Assembly (NCBI RefSeq): GCF_004010195.1
Contig: NC_057719.1
Span: 66,738,421-66,802,420, forward strand
DNA from: Chiloscyllium plagiosum
Taxonomy: Eukaryota
Direction of reading: 5' to 3'
DNA: 64,000 bases
Shown: positions 60,701 to 64,000 of the stretch, piece by piece
How the letters are laid out: each line of letters starts with the position of its first letter
Numbering within the stretch: position 1 is the first letter of the stretch
Notes under the pieces: generated by a model
Databases searched by the model: none
What the model was told of the DNA's origin: nothing
Seen by the model: only the letters and a program-made list of their open reading frames with translations
Translations under genes and position numbers: made by a program

Positions 60701-61494
60701 AGATAAGCTGCAGAGCTGGGCTGAGAAGTGGAAAAGTGTGAGGTGATTCACTTTGGAAGGAGCAACAGGAATGCAGAGTACTGGGCTAATGGTAAGATTC
60801 TTGGTAGTGCAGATGAACAGAGATATCTGTGTCCAGGTACATAGATCCTTGAAAGTTGCCACCTAGGTTGATAGGGTTGTTAAGAAGGCATATGGTGTGT
60901 TAGCTTTTATTGGTAGAGGGATTTAGTTTCGGAACCAAGAGATCATGCTGCAGCTGTACAAAACTCTGGTATGGCCACATTTGGAGTATTGCATACAGTT
61001 CTGGTCAGCGCATTATAAAGAAGGATGTGGAAGCTTTGGAAAGGGTTCAGAGAACATTTACTAGGATGTTGCCTGGTATGGAGGGTAGGTCTAATGAGAA
61101 AAGGCTGAGGTACTTGAGGCTGTTTCGTTAGAAAGGAGGTTGAGAGGTGACTTAACTGAGACATAAGATAATCAGAGGGTTAGATCGGTAGGACACCGAG
61201 AGCCTTTTTCCTCGGATGGTGATGGCTAGCACAAGGGGATATAGCTTTAAATTGAGGGGTGATAGATTTAGAACAGATATCAGATGTAGTTTCTTTACTC
61301 AAATCGTTGGGGCATGGAATGCACTGCCTGCAACAGTAGTAGACTCGCTAACTTTAAGGACATTTAAATGGTCATTGGATAGGCATATGGACGAGAATGG
61401 AATAGTATATGTTAGATGGGCTTCAGATTGATTCCACAGATCGAAGCAACATTGAGGGCCGAAGGGCCTGTACTGCACTGTAATGTTCTATGTT
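57724..61494 (+). mobile_element. Near full-length, degenerate CR1/HER1-type LINE (ORF1 zinc finger + esterase; ORF2 APE-RT), nested in an older short repeat
   Basis: ORF1: CSSCRIWE...CICWKCIQIQLLENRVREL and DNWGSFWGRWDLYKQDGLHLNQRGT. ORF2: GIFYRPPNS, VVVMGD, KSPGPDKIYPRML, NVVPLFKKG...PGNYRSVNLTS, VDVVYMDFSK, FADD. Many frameshifts. Confidence 0.92.
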
Positions 61495-62273
61495 TTTACC
61501 CATCTCTAATTGCCCACAGGGTACTTAAGGATCAACTATGCGGCTCTAGGTTTAAAGTCACATCCAGGATAGACCAGGTAAGGATGTCACGTTTCCTTGT
61601 CTAAAAAGACATTAGTGAACCAGAATTTTTTTTAAAACACAATCTGCTTTGTTGGGATTCAAACCTACATCACCAGAACATCAGCCAGGGGTTTTGGATT
61701 ACATGTGTACTGAATTTACCAATATAGCCACTGCTTCCCCAATCAATGATCAATTTAATGGCATATTCCAACCTCTGCTGCAATTAATTTAGATTCAGAA
61801 GGACAAGAGAGTCAACTCTACTGATAAACCAGTGTGGGCAGATTGTCTGTTGGAGGATCCATCAATCTACATTAATGCATGTATGATTAGAATTGAACGA
61901 GTGCTTGAGAGCCACCTCATGCCCTTGTTTCTGAAACACTGCCTTCCTAAGCCAAGAAATCGTTTGGATCTCAGAACATAAGGTATCCTCCGAGCATAGT
62001 CTCATGATGGTGCAGCCAAGCCCAAAATCTGTAAGCAACTTATTTCCTTGTAACTTAGTCTGGGTGGGATTTAGATTTCCAACAATCTGGTTTTCGAGAA
62101 AGTCCTGGCACTTACCACCAAACTACATGATTGGAGGAATCTACGATGGACTTTGAAAACCCAGCTTGGTGATGTCATCACCTTTTCAGCAAACAAGGTA
62201 CTTGTTAAAATTGAAATACCCTGGTCCTAGACTCAGAACCACCTTAGCAAGTATAGTGAATAGGAAAACATAC

Positions 62274-62370
62274 CGCTTTTTGTTTGAAAACCCAAGGCTT
62301 TGTGAAGAATCTGCTAGTATTTTCCGTTTCCATGTCGGAGTCGTCATTATTGGAGTTCCTGAAGATGTTG
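62274..62370 (-). CDS. ARHGAP11A: ARHGAP11A internal exon (97 nt, phase 1->2); the RhoGAP exons lie beyond the window end
   Basis: tag|CAACATC...AAAAGCG|gtatgt; encodes TSSGTPIMTTPTWKRKILADSSQSLGFSNKKR (human ESPVILTPNAKRTLPVDSSHGFSSKKR). Confidence 0.85.
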
Positions 62371-63454
62371 CTAATAAATTTTTTTAAATGATATTGATTA
62401 TTACATAATGTTACTTATTATGTAAACACAAATATAAAATGTTGTATATGGGAAATCGTTGGGAGATTAAACCAAAGCACATTCTATTTAATATAACTAA
62501 TCAGTCTTGCCTTAATTGGAAACCATCTAAATTAAGTACTACCAGTTCCAATATACTATGACAGGTTAGGCATTCAAAAAGCTCCATGTAATATTACACA
62601 GGCCTATACCCCCATGATACAACCTACTGATTTCATGAATTGCCTCACCAATCTGGTTTACACCAAGCTAAAAGTTAGACATTCAACAAACGTTTCAGTA
62701 CAGGAGGAACAAGATATGTTTAATAAGACATTACCCCATAAAGCCTTTCCTCATTTTTAATATTTCATGTATACTATCTATAATACTTGTGAATGTTTAT
62801 GATCGAATCCAAGGAAAATATCTATATCACAACCCCTTCTGATCAGCTAAATTCTACATTCTCTTTAAGCTAGAGGATGCATGCAAACTTAAAGAGCTGC
62901 AAGGTCAAACCAAAAAGCCTGTCACTTTTGATTACTGGACACTAAAACAATGTGATAGTCTCAACTTTAATACGCAAAGGTATTAACACCATCACACCAT
63001 GGCTTCAACTATAAAGCATATGACCCATTTTAGCAATTTTTGAAAAGACATGTTTACTGAACTTTTAGGTAATGGATAATAGTAAACAGTAGAAACAATG
63101 CATTTACAAGAGTACAAGTTTCACTATTCTCAAGTTGCCAACTTTCAACATAATACAACTATTGATCTGAAGGTCCAACTACTTTAAATTCATTGTTGTA
63201 TACTATATATACTCGTGTATAGGTAGAATTTTGAAGATAGTTTTTTAAAGTTGAAATTAGAAAGTCAACTAATACACGAGGTACTATTTTTGAGGGGATG
63301 AAATTCATGCTTGGCATGAGCCAAAAAATGGACAAACAAGAACTAGACCTCTTATTAAAATAATAAACAACAAAAGGAAAAAGAATTATGGCCATTATTG
63401 AACAGTTATCCACAAAATAACTGTCTCCATTGTGCCTGCTACAGTACAATAGTA

Positions 63455-63675
63455 CAGTAGACCCCCGTACCTGCAGGGGATACGCTTCAAGACCTATTCC
63501 AGGAGCCCGAAATCGCAGATCGGTGCAAACCCATTCGTTTAAATGGGAAATTTACCTTCCCAGTAGCCCCCGGTCGTTCTGGTACGTTCCCTGTAATATG
63601 TTCAGGACGCGGTAAACCGCAGGTAACTGAAACTACGGAAACTGACTCTGCGGATATGATGGTCCCCCTATACTG
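63455..63675. mobile_element. Tigger/pogo-type MITE resembling MER44/Tigger7
   Basis: TA|CAGTAGACCCCCGTACCTGCAGGGGATACGCTTCAAGACC at the left. The right part, reverse-complemented, reads TATCCGCAG...TTTCCGTAGTTTCAGTTACCTGCGGTTTACCGCG. Both resemble the recalled MER44 ends. Confidence 0.6.
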
Positions 63676-64000
63676 TCATAACATTATAGTAATTCTGAAA
63701 ACCTGAGGCAGAGCATGGCGACTGACAGACTGGAAGACCCGGAACGGAGCACTATGGCCAGCAAACTGGAAAGCCAGAGCGAATGGGCAGGCTCACTGAC
63801 TCAAATGTAAATGTGAAGCACTAGGGTTCCCTTATATACAATATGGAAAATACAGATTTTTTTGGCCAAAAAGGGTCAACTTATACATGAATATAGATGA
63901 TATCTTAGCGAATCCTTGAGGCTTGAATCCTTGTTGAGTATGTACAAAATACTTGAGTGTTTTTTTATTTCTTCAGCGCTTATTTCCCCATTTCAATGCA

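Noticed and set aside
1..64000. CRISPR arrays, operons, and rRNA/tRNA genes
   Set aside because: Eukaryotic DNA with no repeat-spacer array; the tRNA-like boxes all belong to SINE heads.

Overview
Vertebrate genomic DNA, almost certainly a shark/elasmobranch, judged from the HE1-type V-SINEs, CR1/HER1-type LINEs, SacSINE-like elements and abundant Penelope-like elements. Two protein-coding genes lie on the minus strand. GREM1 has its complete single coding exon at 1329-1844, a probable non-coding exon 1 and CpG-rich promoter near 13.9-14.2 kb, and a ~12 kb intron. The 3' half of ARHGAP11A is present as five internal exons plus the large last exon, whose 5' part falls in an assembly gap. SCG5, which lies between these genes in mammals, could not be found by eye. 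The most interesting signal is a set of short fold-back (inverted-repeat) insertions with 12-15 bp target-site duplications. Several carry minimal hammerhead-ribozyme cores (CUGANGA-stem II-GAAAC-GUH), sometimes one on each strand. One family matches the 3' end of a Penelope-like retroelement (RT + GIY-YIG) in the same window. Also noted: a phase-2 intron in ARHGAP11A that seems absent in human, divergent CTCF-like motifs between the genes, uORFs in the GREM1 leader, and a probable two-allele assembly chimera at a polymorphic SINE insertion. All comparisons with human or repeat consensus sequences are from memory, not from database searches. There are two N-gaps (23308-23791 and 44442-44941).
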